Shown: positions 25,718 to 38,400 of the stretch, piece by piece
Layout: every line of letters starts with the position of its first letter
How positions within the stretch are numbered: the first letter of the stretch is position 1
Assembly: GCF_964204645.1 (NCBI RefSeq)
Contig: NC_134029.1
Span: forward strand, 5,580,001 to 5,644,000
Length of the DNA stretch: 64,000 nucleotides
DNA from: Tubulanus polymorphus
Lineage: Eukaryota; Animalia; Nemertea
Reading direction: 5' to 3'
Position numbers and translations under genes: made by a program
The notes under the pieces: generated by a model
What the model saw: the letters and a program-made list of their open reading frames with translations, nothing else
What the model was told of the DNA's origin: nothing
Databases searched by the model: none

Positions 25718-28599
25718 ACCCGGGATGGATTGGGGGTAACAAAGGAAGTCTTATCAGAAGAACTTAGAATAGCCACATTAAATTCGCGTCGCCAACGCAT
25801 AAACATTGACAACGTCTTCAATTCAATTCCATAGTTGATACCTACATTAGATAACATATGGATTTCTGCGTATCTACGCGATATTTATCTAGATTAGACA
25901 AATACGCGTAAATCCGCAATACGATTTATACGAGGATATGCGAGAATCTTGTATTTGTGCCCCTGATGATTTTTTAATTGCTGGCAAACTCTAGTCGGAT
26001 GCGGGTGTAATTAGTCTCGACGAGGCGCTACTCAGTCAAAGCCGTGTAAAATATTATTTGAAAAGAGTTCTATTTCATCTTCGAAAATAAAGTAGGCAAT
26101 CTGCCTCGGGGGCTGGGGGGTCGATATATCGATTTGACGGTTAGAAACCTGGCAATGAGGTGCGAGTTTGTGATCTCCAAATGGCCGCCGAGGTCCTAAT
26201 GATGTTTTAATGATGGTATCGTTGGGTATCTAATGTGCCATATTACATCATAAGACATTGACTCCTCGCCACTTGGCGACTAGCCCTCTCGCCTTCCGAT
26301 TATCTAATACCAGTCATTTCAAGTCGATTAAACTGTTTAGATAAATAGTATTTTACTTGCAATATTTCATTCGCCAACTCAAATGAAATTTCCCACATTG
26401 TATATACCATTTGTATTTTCATAGTTTTGGCTATTTTACTGTCAGATCTTCGCAGGTCGATTTTAAGTTAAGTTTCTTGTGTTTTTATTGCTATTTAGTT
26501 TGTTTATACGATTTGTATATAAATGGTGATTTTAGGGACTGTATCGAGTGGGTTATAGTGTAGTGACGTGCACTGTTTAACCCTCGTGTCGGCGATCTTC
26601 AAAGGATCCGAATAGTAATGGCCGAATGCCGACCAGACATTTGTCATCCAGGAGTCAGGGCATCTGTTACTGGCTTTCTATTCGCTTCAGCGCCAATCAT
26701 CATTATCTTATATACATATGATACATGTTACCATTAATAACAGTTTTGGTCGGCGGATTTCTGCATTGAATTACGTACTAATATGTAATACACGAATTTC
26801 AACCACATATGTCGATATAAATATAATTAGTATCGGACATCATTCAGTCAATTTTTGAGATACGAGTCACTTTGGCGCAAAAACTACAGTTTAGACCATA
26901 TCTAAAACTTCGCCGATAGCGATTTTCATCGCGCTATGGCCGATACGTGAAAAGTGCCGAATTGTAAGGAGAATTGTCCCGTTAAATGTCAAAAGAATGA
27001 CGGTGGATTGACGGCGGACAAAAGACGTTGGGTGATTTACACGATTCCTGTTCAACGGATCTGCAGAAAATAATAACAACACGAAGCATATACGTCGTCG
27101 TCGTCGTCGTCGGGGGTTGATAGTATACAAAAGATTCGAGAGATTCTTATAGACACGGACGGACGAAATTGCCGGTTGTTTTAGTTTTAGCTCGTAAAAT
27201 CTGCACCGGGCGAACCCGCAGCATTTGCGCGAAACATAGCCACCAATATCTGATCTGATTGGAGAACGCGTTTATTACTGGCCTCGAGTCTGCTGTTGTT
27301 ACTGACAGTAGTGTACTTTATCGCGCAGTCAAACGTATTCGAGGAAATGAGTTTGAGAGAATATTTTTGCCATAAATCGTTTTTTTCGGGGACGCTAAGG
27401 TCGCCCTCTCGATCATAGGGATGTAAAACCTAGAAAAGAAACCCCAATGAAACGCGTGGAAATCGAAATTGTTTATAAGAAATCACTGTATTCGTGGTAG
27501 ATACGAATAGAGATGATCCAGATCTAGTCATGAAAATTAAACGTTGAATTGGCACGAAGTTTCGGTCACCATAGATTAAGTACAGCTCAATATTTTACAT
27601 AGAACCGCTTCAATTAACCTAGATATACTGCTTTAATAACTGATGATTAATGACCACTCAACTCATTAATATCTCCATTCATTTGGATTCATCCCTATCT
27701 GTAGTACAAAGGTTCGCCCGCACCACGCTAACCCTGACCGTGTTCAATTGTTATGGACCCCAACGAATATTGGGTGTGAGGCAAACGCATTCACCTTCTA
27801 CTTCATATCAAGAAAGCTTACAATTTTCTATTCGTTTTTGGCTCGGTTTATGTATGGAAAAGTATTTATGAAGAATATTGTTCCAAGCTGTACCCGTGCT
27901 GCATGGTAACGAGGGCTATTGGGCCAGGGTCCAGTTGCTCTGTGAAATAGCCGTTGGGACTAAGCATAAGTCAACCATGGTCTTATAGCGCTGTACAATA
28001 ATTAACATGGTCAAAAGTCACGTTTGACCGTATAGATAGATCATCCAATTAAACTTCAATTGAATGCTACAATATTCTATGAAACTGTTACAATTTGTTT
28101 ACTCAGGCCGGCATGGGTCGTTTTAATTAAGCCTGAATTCGCAACAATATCCGTTCGACTGGTATTGTACAACCGTACCTAATTGCTCTGTGTCAACTAA
28201 AGTGGATTCCGATCATAAAGACCAGAGGAAGTCAGAGTCCACATACCACAAACAAACATCGCGCCAAGCTTATTAGTGAACCACCGGTGCGAGACCGATT
28301 AAGACTCTAGGACAATTCGCGACTGGCCACAACGAGACCAACAACAACAACGACGGTCACAATATTGTCCAATGGTCGTTAACACGACCGGAGTTACATT
28401 GTTGACGGTGGACATTAAAATGACCATCCATCATTTTGGCTGTTTGCATTGATTGAAGTGACCGCTCGCGACAATAGTTCACGCAGTAACGCTGATTATC
28501 CACTCGATGATCAAACGCTATCCGACATTCGAGAATCATCGGCAGTTTTCGTATATTTTCGTTAACCTAATTACTAAATCATTTTTCTTCTAATTTCAG

Positions 28600-29090
28600 G
28601 GAAAACCAGAACGAAAGAAAAGTATAGAGTAGTTTATACGGATAGACAACGTCTAGAACTCGAGAAAGAGTTTCATTTTAATCGATATATAACATTGAAC
28701 AGGAAAGCCGAAATATCCAAATCGTTAGATCTCACCGAGCGACAAGTAAAAATCTGGTTTCAAAACCGGAGAGCGAAAGAGCGAAAAGATAACAAACGCC
28801 GGATGGAAAAAGATATGACCAGCCCATCTTCGACGAAATCCGGCCCGGAAGATGAGAAAAATAGCCCGAATAGTCCGCAAACCGAAGCGCACTCTGCGCA
28901 TGCGCAGGCGTATCGCCTGAAAACGGAACTGGCCTATGACCACGTTATCGCTGGTCAGCAGCAGACTACCTATTCAGAAATGGACTCGATACCGCATTCT
29001 AATAACCGAACGGGACATACTCAACTGATGCGTGATAGAACCAAAGATAATCTAGGTTTACCAATAAAAACAGAATATCACCTCCAATAG
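28600..29090 (+). CDS. Cdx: Cdx/caudal exon 2, containing the homeodomain
   Basis: Acceptor tttttcttctaatttcag|GG; encodes [74 protein letters not shown] and QNRRAKERK are Cdx-diagnostic. Stop TAG at 29088-29090. Confidence 0.95.
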
Positions 29091-30583
29091 CAATATGTAT
29101 ACATACATTTTGAAAGACAATCATCTTGATGTGATAACACATTAATGTAAGATTTGAATAAGGCGCGTTAATGCCTTTAAGAATTGTAAGTGCCTTCAGC
29201 GCATGTACTGCCATGGACGTTTACACGACTGTTTCGGCCAAAAACTCTATAGGATTCGAACCTCGAATTCTCAATACCGCAGGTTCGATCATTGGACGAA
29301 AAGACTGTACCAATATGTAAACATATAATATATTTCGCGCACGACTTTCAATTAGATACATATATTTGATCTCAGAGACAAAATATTTTCAAACTATACA
29401 TAATTCTACCTCAGACCATATCGTGTTTTATCTGCAAGGTTTCAATATCACACGTGTTTCAGTAGATTTTGACTGAAGATGTTGACGATTTGAAAATAAG
29501 ATATAGTTTATTTTGATCTTAATATCTCAGGGAAATGAAGGTCATACCTTCAGGCTGTGGCTTCAGACATAAAAACGATAGCAGTCTTCTCCGTTTTCGT
29601 ATCCAGTCATGGATTTTTCCCATCAGTTTATCGGCTAAAAAGTTTTTTTCTGGTTGGATAATGTTTGGGCGTTCTGTATTTTTCACGTGTACGATATTCA
29701 CATGTATCCGACCTAGAGTCCACGATCTGATATATATGTAGAATTAGTGAATATCTCAGTTTTAAGGAGAAAGGAAAGAAGCAACCAAATCAATATAAAT
29801 CGTTTTTTTAGCCATTCGACCCGGTGGGAGAACCTTCTGTGGAGTTATCCCTCAATAATACTGTATTTAGATGTACCATTATCGTAAATATATAGAATAG
29901 TTTATCAATGTACCAAATATGACAATCAATCATTCAAGTGATTCGTGATCTCTCATTTTATATGTTTGGAAAAATGTTTTCTAAATGTATTTTTCAGTTT
30001 AGGAAATTTGTATATATTATGATATGAATAAGAATGCTACATTATATGGATATGAAATACGCTATATCATGTTAAAGCAAATTTAAGAAGCGGTATAGGG
30101 TAAATTTGATATTTTTCACTCGAAAAGCGAGTATTTTCCACGAAGTTACTCGTCTCTGACTCACACTCGCACACACACGCACGACTCGCGGGGTCGGTCA
30201 GTCGGTATTCTCATTATACACTCAATATCCCTGAGTCGGTCGTAAAATAACAGTTTGCCCGGTAGTAAATTCATCGTAAAAAACGTTTTTGCGATTGTTC
30301 GCTTCGATATACTATAAGCAGTAAACAAACCCTTATTTTCTATTCTGTGGTCGATCGATATTTGTGGTGACTATTTTTGAGAACTGCGGTTAAAATGTTT
30401 TCATATCACGATAACGTCACAAATAGAGGTATCATTCACCTGCCAAAATCATATATTCCATGAATTACCGTGTATATATAAATATATATATATATATGTA
30501 TTTTTAGTATAGCAATACCTACTATGTACATATTATAGATGACTAAATTGTATATAAAATTACATTTTGTTGATGTAAAACTG

Positions 30584-30602
30584 AATAAAACAAAGAAATA
30601 AA
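30584..30602 (+). promoter_or_regulatory. Candidate Cdx polyadenylation signals (2 x AATAAA)
   Basis: AATAAA at 30584 and 30597 followed by a T/GT-rich tract; implies a 3' UTR of about 1.5 kb. Confidence 0.5.
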
Positions 30603-31606
30603 AAAGTTAATGAATTCGTAATTTTTCTGCGTTTTTTTTCGTCGACGAATGATATTCTGCACTCTAGAAACATAGCATATATATGATAGTTTTCTCATCA
30701 AAGTACACGGATTCCCAATATATAATGGTTGAAGAAAATAACGACCTTTCACACACATATTGAATTTATGTCTTCAATAAGCACGCATAGCCATCAATAC
30801 TTGTAACAGGTTTCGCGAAGAACAAAGATACCGGTGGTGCAAAGGTCGTATAAGCGCAGCAAATAGCATCTATCGTCGCCTGCAGGCCCGTATTTGGGGG
30901 AGGGGGTTCGAGGGTCCGATGCCGGTCGTTAGAAAATTTGAGCATCGATTTCAAAAGATTCACTCATTGGTAACACTTTTTCATTTGTTTTTGTTCAAAA
31001 TATGCACACGATTCCACATTTTTACTTGATTTGAGGCCAGTTTGTCGAAAAAAGGAAAAATTCCACTCTAAATGCTAGATGTTGTGAAATTGCTCCTTTT
31101 GGTATCTATGTTATTGAATAGAATTATATCGGCCCGGCGTATTAGACCTCTTAACAGTCCCGCTTTCAAAGTTCTATGAAAACCTGCGTAATATGATAAT
31201 CATTCGATCATAATTCTATATGAATGATTATTTCAGATTTTACAATTTCTTTCACCACCAGATACGAAATAAAACGACGGTTTATGATTTTTTCATCCTT
31301 GCGTCCGGGCCTTGCGTCAGATAACCGAAACACTGTTGAATATTGACTTGCGCGGCATAGAAAGAGACGACTGTTACACTATTGCGCGTACGTCCCATGT
31401 ATAAAGTGATACCGGTACATAGGAATTTTACTCGAATATGCAAAGTCTACAGTAGAATTTGTTTTATAACGTATTCAATGATTGCCGAAACATTTGAAAT
31501 CCATAATAAGTTCTGGGATTCGAACCAAGGCATCGGTGAACGGTAGAGGACGCCACATGACTATCACTAGTAATTAATCGTTCCGGAGTTTGCCATAACC
31601 CCAAAC

Positions 31607-31615
31607 CCGGAAGTA
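31607..31615 (+). promoter_or_regulatory. ETS-type site (CCGGAAGT) in the probable BLTP1 promoter
   Basis: CCCGGAAGT is typical of housekeeping-gene promoters. An acceptor at 32273/32274 upstream of the ATG implies a non-coding first exon in this area. Confidence 0.35.
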
Positions 31616-32369
31616 AATGAAAACTCGGTTTTATTGAAAAAAAGGTGCATATCGTATCGTCTAGGCCTGTCGTTTTCTGAAAATTGGAAAATAAGCGCTC
31701 CGTGATATTTATTTTAATTCGGTATGTTGGACAGGGGTACAACTGAAGCATCAGAACAAACCAACTCCTGTCCCATCAAATTGACATCGATCTCGATCTC
31801 ATTCAATTCAAAAATTCTACCAGTACCACCATCCCATAAGGGCCATAATGATCCATATCTATCAATCAACAACAAATGGGCCAGGGACCAGGCCGCAAAT
31901 CAAAGATCTACTAAAGTATCCTCACACACTGACTGGCGCTCATCACATCTGCATGCAAACTAAGGCATACATAAACTGATCCCCCTGGTCCTGAGAAGCT
32001 TTTCACTTCTAAGGTCGGTTCTTGACTTAGCCTATTTTATTACTAGAATATGATTTATAGGCCATGTTGTAGGCTTGGATACTGGGGGAGAGCTTTGGTT
32101 TTGTTATCTGTGTCTGTATTTCATCTACTGAGCTTCATTAATAGGCCTATAATGTGTTAATTTTGTTGAAACTTCTTTTTGACTTGAAGATGACCTCATA
32201 GCCTAACCAAGGAACGGGGTCGAAATTCAAAAATTGTCTGGACAAAATTTAGCTATTGTTTTATTATTTTCAGGGCCCACATTGGTGGAGACTTCGCACG
32301 ATGGGTGTACTTAAATCGCTCACTGAAATATGTGCATTCATGACCAACCATGATAGTGTGATTCTATAG

Positions 32370-32374
<5 letters not shown>

Positions 32375-32400
<26 letters not shown>
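32375..32400. repeat. (AT)13 microsatellite 4 nt upstream of the BLTP1 ATG
   Basis: Direct reading: ...acaa(at)13aaatATGGCA. Confidence 0.9.
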
Positions 32401-32404
<4 letters not shown>

Positions 32405-32405
<1 letters not shown>

Positions 32406-35400
32406 TGGCAGGCAAGATGCTGTTAGCTCGCAATGGTTCAATATTTGACAAAATACAGGAGGAGTTACCAGGATCGACGGTCTATTGGATGCTGATAGCG
32501 TTGGTCGTATCAATGGGATGGGTCGTTTACATCACCTACTACAACAGTAGAATCCTCGGTCTTATTCTTACAGCTCTTCTCAATAAATTCATGAAGAATT
32601 ATGGACATTTTCAATTCGGTAATTATATTCGTCTTTATGATGTTTATTTATTAGGAATCGGCCCTGCAGGTATGAGTTAAGAGTTAGAGTTTTTGAATTT
32701 GTAAACTTAGTATTATTTAAACCCTAGCTTATTAAACCAAGAATTAACAAACTGATCGTCATAGTCACGCGTAAGAATTTACTCTTAGAATCAAAACTAG
32801 TTGTTTTATTTAAAACTAGTCAAAAGACGGACTCGTATTCTGTATGTGAAACTAGTCAAAAGACGGACTCGTATTCTGTATGTGATGAATGTTTTCTCTG
32901 TTTCAGGGTCATTTTCATTTTCCGTTCTGTCTGGTAAAATCATGTTCCGTGATGTACATTACATTACCGAGGACTATTCGATCAAAGTTATGGATGGTTG
33001 GATAATATTCCGATGGTGGCGACCTTACATCTATAAAGAAGACGGAGCTGGTAGGAATAATGAAGAGCCAAATTTCTAAGAAACTCCTACATCAATCAAT
33101 TGAATTTCTTCATATACCTATTACCATATTCCTGGTATAGGCCGGTTTTATCTAATCCAATTTGGATCCTTTCTCAAGTATTCTCCACAAGATGTTTAAA
33201 ACTCCTGTCATTTTTACATCCACCCCTCTGAAAATCAGCAACTGTTCAACTGTGCTGTTCTTGTACAAGAGTAGATGCCAATGTTTGATCATTGCTTCAT
33301 ACCCGCTACGTGCATGAGTCGATGTGAAAGAAGGCATCGAATAACACCAAAAATAAGCTTTTTTGTTTTAACTCCCATCCAGAAGCATAGCATAATGGCA
33401 TCCACATTGTCACATTTAAGGATGAATGTATTATCTTTTTAAGGCCCCAGTAGCTTTATATCTGTAAATTTTTCTAAATTTCAAGCCATATTTGGATAAA
33501 TAAAACCAGCGCATATCGTTTCTACAGCTATTTTCTGTCCTAAACAATTAAACTTTTGGTATCGGTCCGTTCAATGTTTTCTATACTGCAAAGAAGAAAA
33601 CTTTTGTTACTTAAACGTCTTGATAGCGTCCTTTCCCCTATTATTTAATTTCAGATATGTCACATTCAGAAACTCGATTGTCGATTTTGTTCGACGGGTT
33701 TGAAATACACGTGTACAACCGATCAGAGTCGTACGCGAAGATCGAACGATTATTCGGATTGGATCAGTTAATGACGCCTCAGAAAGAACAGCGTGAAGAT
33801 TCCGAAGTCTCTGAAGAAAGCAACGGTAGCACAAAATCAGGGAATAGAAGGTTCGTAGACTATGTTAGCTCGAAATTAGCCCCAAGCTCACTTTTAACAG
33901 CAACCATTACTTTACATTACTCCCAAGAATAGTTTCACTTACGGTAACGTAAGTCTGAAAAGCTGAGTTAGTGAGTGAAGACCTTGTTATTTTTTATGAT
34001 TTCATTTAATCAACTAAATTTTCGTGGGACCCTGGAAACAAAGTAAAATTTGTTTGTTATTGGCCATTCTTAACTATTGAAGAAGCAGCTAAAAAATGTT
34101 TTGCTCACTCTATGTGTTCCTTATGAAAAGGAAGGCATATGAAACTACTGAGGTTTTACTGAGTGTCTTATGTATTTCTGATATTATTTGTTCTTATCTA
34201 AAATTTACTTTTTGACGTGCGATTGATGAATTATTTCCCACTTGTTTTTGCATAACTTTTGTATATAGAACCATAACGACAGAAACTCCAGCTGCTAAAG
34301 GTTACAGATGGAGAGATTTGGTGCCTGTCATTAAAGTTGACATTACTGCTGTAAGTCCTCGAACGTCGTTTGAGTATTCGACTTAACTTGAACATAAACA
34401 GTAAACAGTGTTTACAATCGATTTCAGGGTCGTCTCGTGTTTGGAAATTTCCTCCTGCCGACGACTCTGTGTATAAGTTTTGCCGATGCTCACATGATGT
34501 ACACGACTAAACCGGCGTCAACTCCGTTCGATTTGTTCATGCATTACGTCGAGTGTAATGCCGAGAACCTGCGCGTCATGTTGGTGCCGAGTCCTAAATT
34601 TCAGGGCGTTGCTGACGAGTAAGTTTTGCAGTTGTCGCATTTGTTGACGTTCTCAAATTCTGTTAACTTCATATTTCATTCATAAGTTGAGATTTTCATT
34701 CGGTATATTGATTAAGTTGTTTCTGTTTATAGGCCTCCGCGGTATATGGGTCAAGGTTTCGTGGTGCTACAGTCTCAGGATGTCGTAATATTTTACAGAC
34801 AAGATGAACCGGGTTCGTATAGGCTGAAATCAAAATTACACAATTAAACTCCACCAGCAATCTCTAAACGTACTTCTCGTTAAATAGGTATCGTACCTCA
34901 TGAGCCTGAAAGCTTGCAACTGGTTGATGGCGATGTGGTAGTTCGACCAACCTTTCCACATTGGGGGATGGACATACGCTGCGGAAAAGGCACCGATATA
35001 AGCTATGGTCCGTGGGTTGATAAACAAAGGTAACGATGATTTATTTACTGATTCATAGAAATCTTATTCTGTAACGTGGATGAATTTTGATTTGATGATG
35101 TGTCCTGTCTTCGTAGGGAATATCTGTGGAAGTTTTTCTTCCCAGCCGATTACCAACAAATGGATCCGACAAAAATTCCCGAGCCCGGTGAAACTCGAAT
35201 ATTCAAGTCGTTCGAATTCAGCCTGAATCTACTGTCTCAAGGAACGATCGATATACTATTCACCAAAAACAAGGTACTTTTTCATTCAGTGCACTCTCAG
35301 TGTGTTCACATTGCCAGCCAATCAGGAACTTTGGCATACCCGTTGCGCAAGTAATATTGAACAGTAAATAAGAAGGATCAGTTATGAGATAATTGGTATT

Positions 35401-38400
35401 GGGCATTGATGGCAGAACCGGAACAATGAGATATCTCATAGTCAGCAGGGAACTGGTCTGACCCTTCTTATGTATTTAATCCAATGTCGAATATCTCTTG
35501 TATTTTTGTACAGGAGACACAAGCAATACACATGACAACATCTGCTGGTTCGCACGTCGAAGTCACCGTGCCGTGGTTGATTACCGAAACTGGTTTCACT
35601 AGTCATATATTCGGGCAGTTACTATACGTAGATGCGACGACAAGTCTACCGTATCGATCGCTGATTGACAGCGAAATACTGGAGGTAAAAAATCGGCAAA
35701 GAGCTGTTATATTCTGAGGGTTTCCTGGTTATAGCCTTGTAAGCAATGGAATAGGAAGAATGTGTGAATATACACGTACTGTACAAATATTATGTCCTGT
35801 ATACGATACAGTACATCCTGGGTAAACTTCCTCAACGCTTGATGAAAAAACCCATAATTACAAAGTAAAAACTAATTGAAGATTGATTTGTTATTGTGGG
35901 TTTTTCTTTGATTGAATTAAACAGTCATTTGTCTATGGAAGGCTTCTCATTGCTGTGCAGCCACATTGCTCCAGGCTATTAAAATAGGTGCAATTTGTCC
36001 CTGCTGTACTATTATATATAGATATTGAAGATTCATATTATATGCATTCTGTTTTTGAATGGATATGTATTATTGCAAGAAGTTACCGTACATAATGTTA
36101 TGCTGTTCCTATAGTTGGTAAATTTTGGGATGTTTTGTTTTGTTTGCTTGCAGTTTGATATCAATATCACCTACCCTTTACTGTGGAATGACTATCAAAA
36201 CTGGCAATGCGAATTCACAGCATGCAGGTCTTCAGTTTGTCTCATTTATGAACATAAACACTTTATTATGAGTAAGTAGATTGTAATCGATTGGGAATCG
36301 TATTACACAATACACTTTACTAAAAGTACATCTACAAATGTTTCAAATAGTCATCTATCTTTTTCACTTACTTGTGTCATGGGGGTTATTGTTACTGCAT
36401 TTTGATGATTAGATTTTCACTGCTACATTTACTAAATGTATTTCTATCAATTTTTGTAAAATCCCTTGGAAGGCTTTAGTAAGTTTTAAGGGAAAAGTTA
36501 CTGTAAACCAGCCTACTATTTGTACTATTTGAGAGTTAGTAGTTTCTGCACCTTTGAAGTTCTTGAAAGCTATCAAAATTTTAGTAAACTATATGCAGAC
36601 GGTATATTTTATGATTGTATTAGGTTTGTTTGATGATTGGGGCGGCAAAACGAAACAAGATATCTACCACTTTGTGCCTTACACGATGCATTTCAATCTG
36701 CTGATTAAAGAATTTGAATTGATCACCGTCGCGAACGAATTCAACTGGATCGATTGTTCGTCGCAACACGAAGAAAATGGTAAAAAACTTCTAAACTCTG
36801 ACCGATAAATTCACCAGCTGGAGCCAGTCGGTCAAAAGTTGGTTAAAGATAACCGGCGGATAAAAACTGATTATTTGTTTATGATTTATTTTACAGCTCA
36901 TATTGCAATTTGCGCAGATACGTTTGAACTGTCTCTACTGCTTCCATTTACCGACTACCTTCCTCCAAAAGTGCCCGTAAAATTCTTCATCAGGGTAAGC
37001 ATGTGCATATCTACATTATACAAAGCGAATTTTGAACAGTTAATAGTTACTCGCACGTGACCAATATTCTCTTACAGGCCGAGAGCGCCGAGGCTTTGAT
37101 TTATTTGCCTCAAACGAACACTAGCCGACACATATTGATGGCTCTGGCGCAGAATATGAAGTTAGTCGACCGCGATGGAAATGTCGTCGATCAGCCGTTC
37201 TCTGACGACCGACGTTGGAGAAACAAAACCAGTGAAATCAGGTAACACGATAGACCGATCACTGGAAATACCTTTCTCCATGAATTAGAATATATCAGAG
37301 GAACTGTTTCGTTGAAATTGTCATCGAAAAAGCGATCAGTTCAATGGCTAATTCAGAAAGTAATGAATGAATTTCGTTGTATAGCCACAATATGCAAAGA
37401 TATGAATTATCTGATGATAGATTTGAGATTCATAGAAGAAGTTACCAAATACAAATGTATAATGATCATTGAGACAATGAAGAACCCGCAGCGAGACCAG
37501 TAATGATAACGATTTTGAATTTTAAGCCACGGCTGGATTCCGGTGTGGACTACGCCTATCGTCGCCATCGGTATCAATTATAGCTACCACCCCTCTCCGA
37601 TAATCGAAGAACCCACGCCGATATATCGCGATTTCGATGACATCACCACTCCCGAACGCGAAGATCAACTGTTGATACCTCTAAAACCGGCGAAGGAGCG
37701 TCCACCTCCCGTGTCTCAAATACCCGACAACTTCGACCCGACCACATTAGAAGCCGATGTGATAAAACTGGATTTGGAAGTCGGACCTTCTACGGTTATA
37801 GCATATGGAACCTTAGTCTGCATGTTTCTACATTTAAAGGCAAGTTCTATCTGTAAAAATTTATTAGAATATTTCTTTAGAGAGTGGAAGAAAACAAAGC
37901 TTTAAGCTATTGTTCTTCCTCATGCTTGTCTCACTAATCCAAGGCCCAGCTGCACAGTCATTAGTAATAAGCTATAGAACTAAGATGGTCTAAGAAATTG
38001 ATTGATCAACTGACCCAAGCGTTCATGGGTGTTTGTGGATTTCTTCATGGTCAATGGTGCATGCCCCATTGGAGAAAGAAAGCCTAAATTCATTAAGATT
38101 CCTCAGTGGTGCTTAGTGTTTTGAGATATGTTATTATCCCTATAATATCATCGAGGTAAAATTTGATGACCGTCTCTGTATTTGGTTGTTTTAGGAGGAT
38201 TATTTCGGTGAACACCAGAAGTTTACCCCATTCGACGAAGCTCCATCGGGGCTCGACAAACGTTCTGATAAAGAGTCTCATGACAAAGAGGCGAAAAAAT
38301 TCGATGCCAGACACTATCGGCCGTTAGAGGTCAATGGTAATATTACAATACATGACATACAAGGACATCTAGTCAAGGTGCTTGAAACCGCTCTATTCTG

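Noticed and set aside
31512-31571. tRNA-like B-box (GGTTCGAATCCC on minus); others at 17541, 29252 and 51391
   Set aside because: No cloverleaf or acceptor stem; likely SINE fragments, not tRNA genes.
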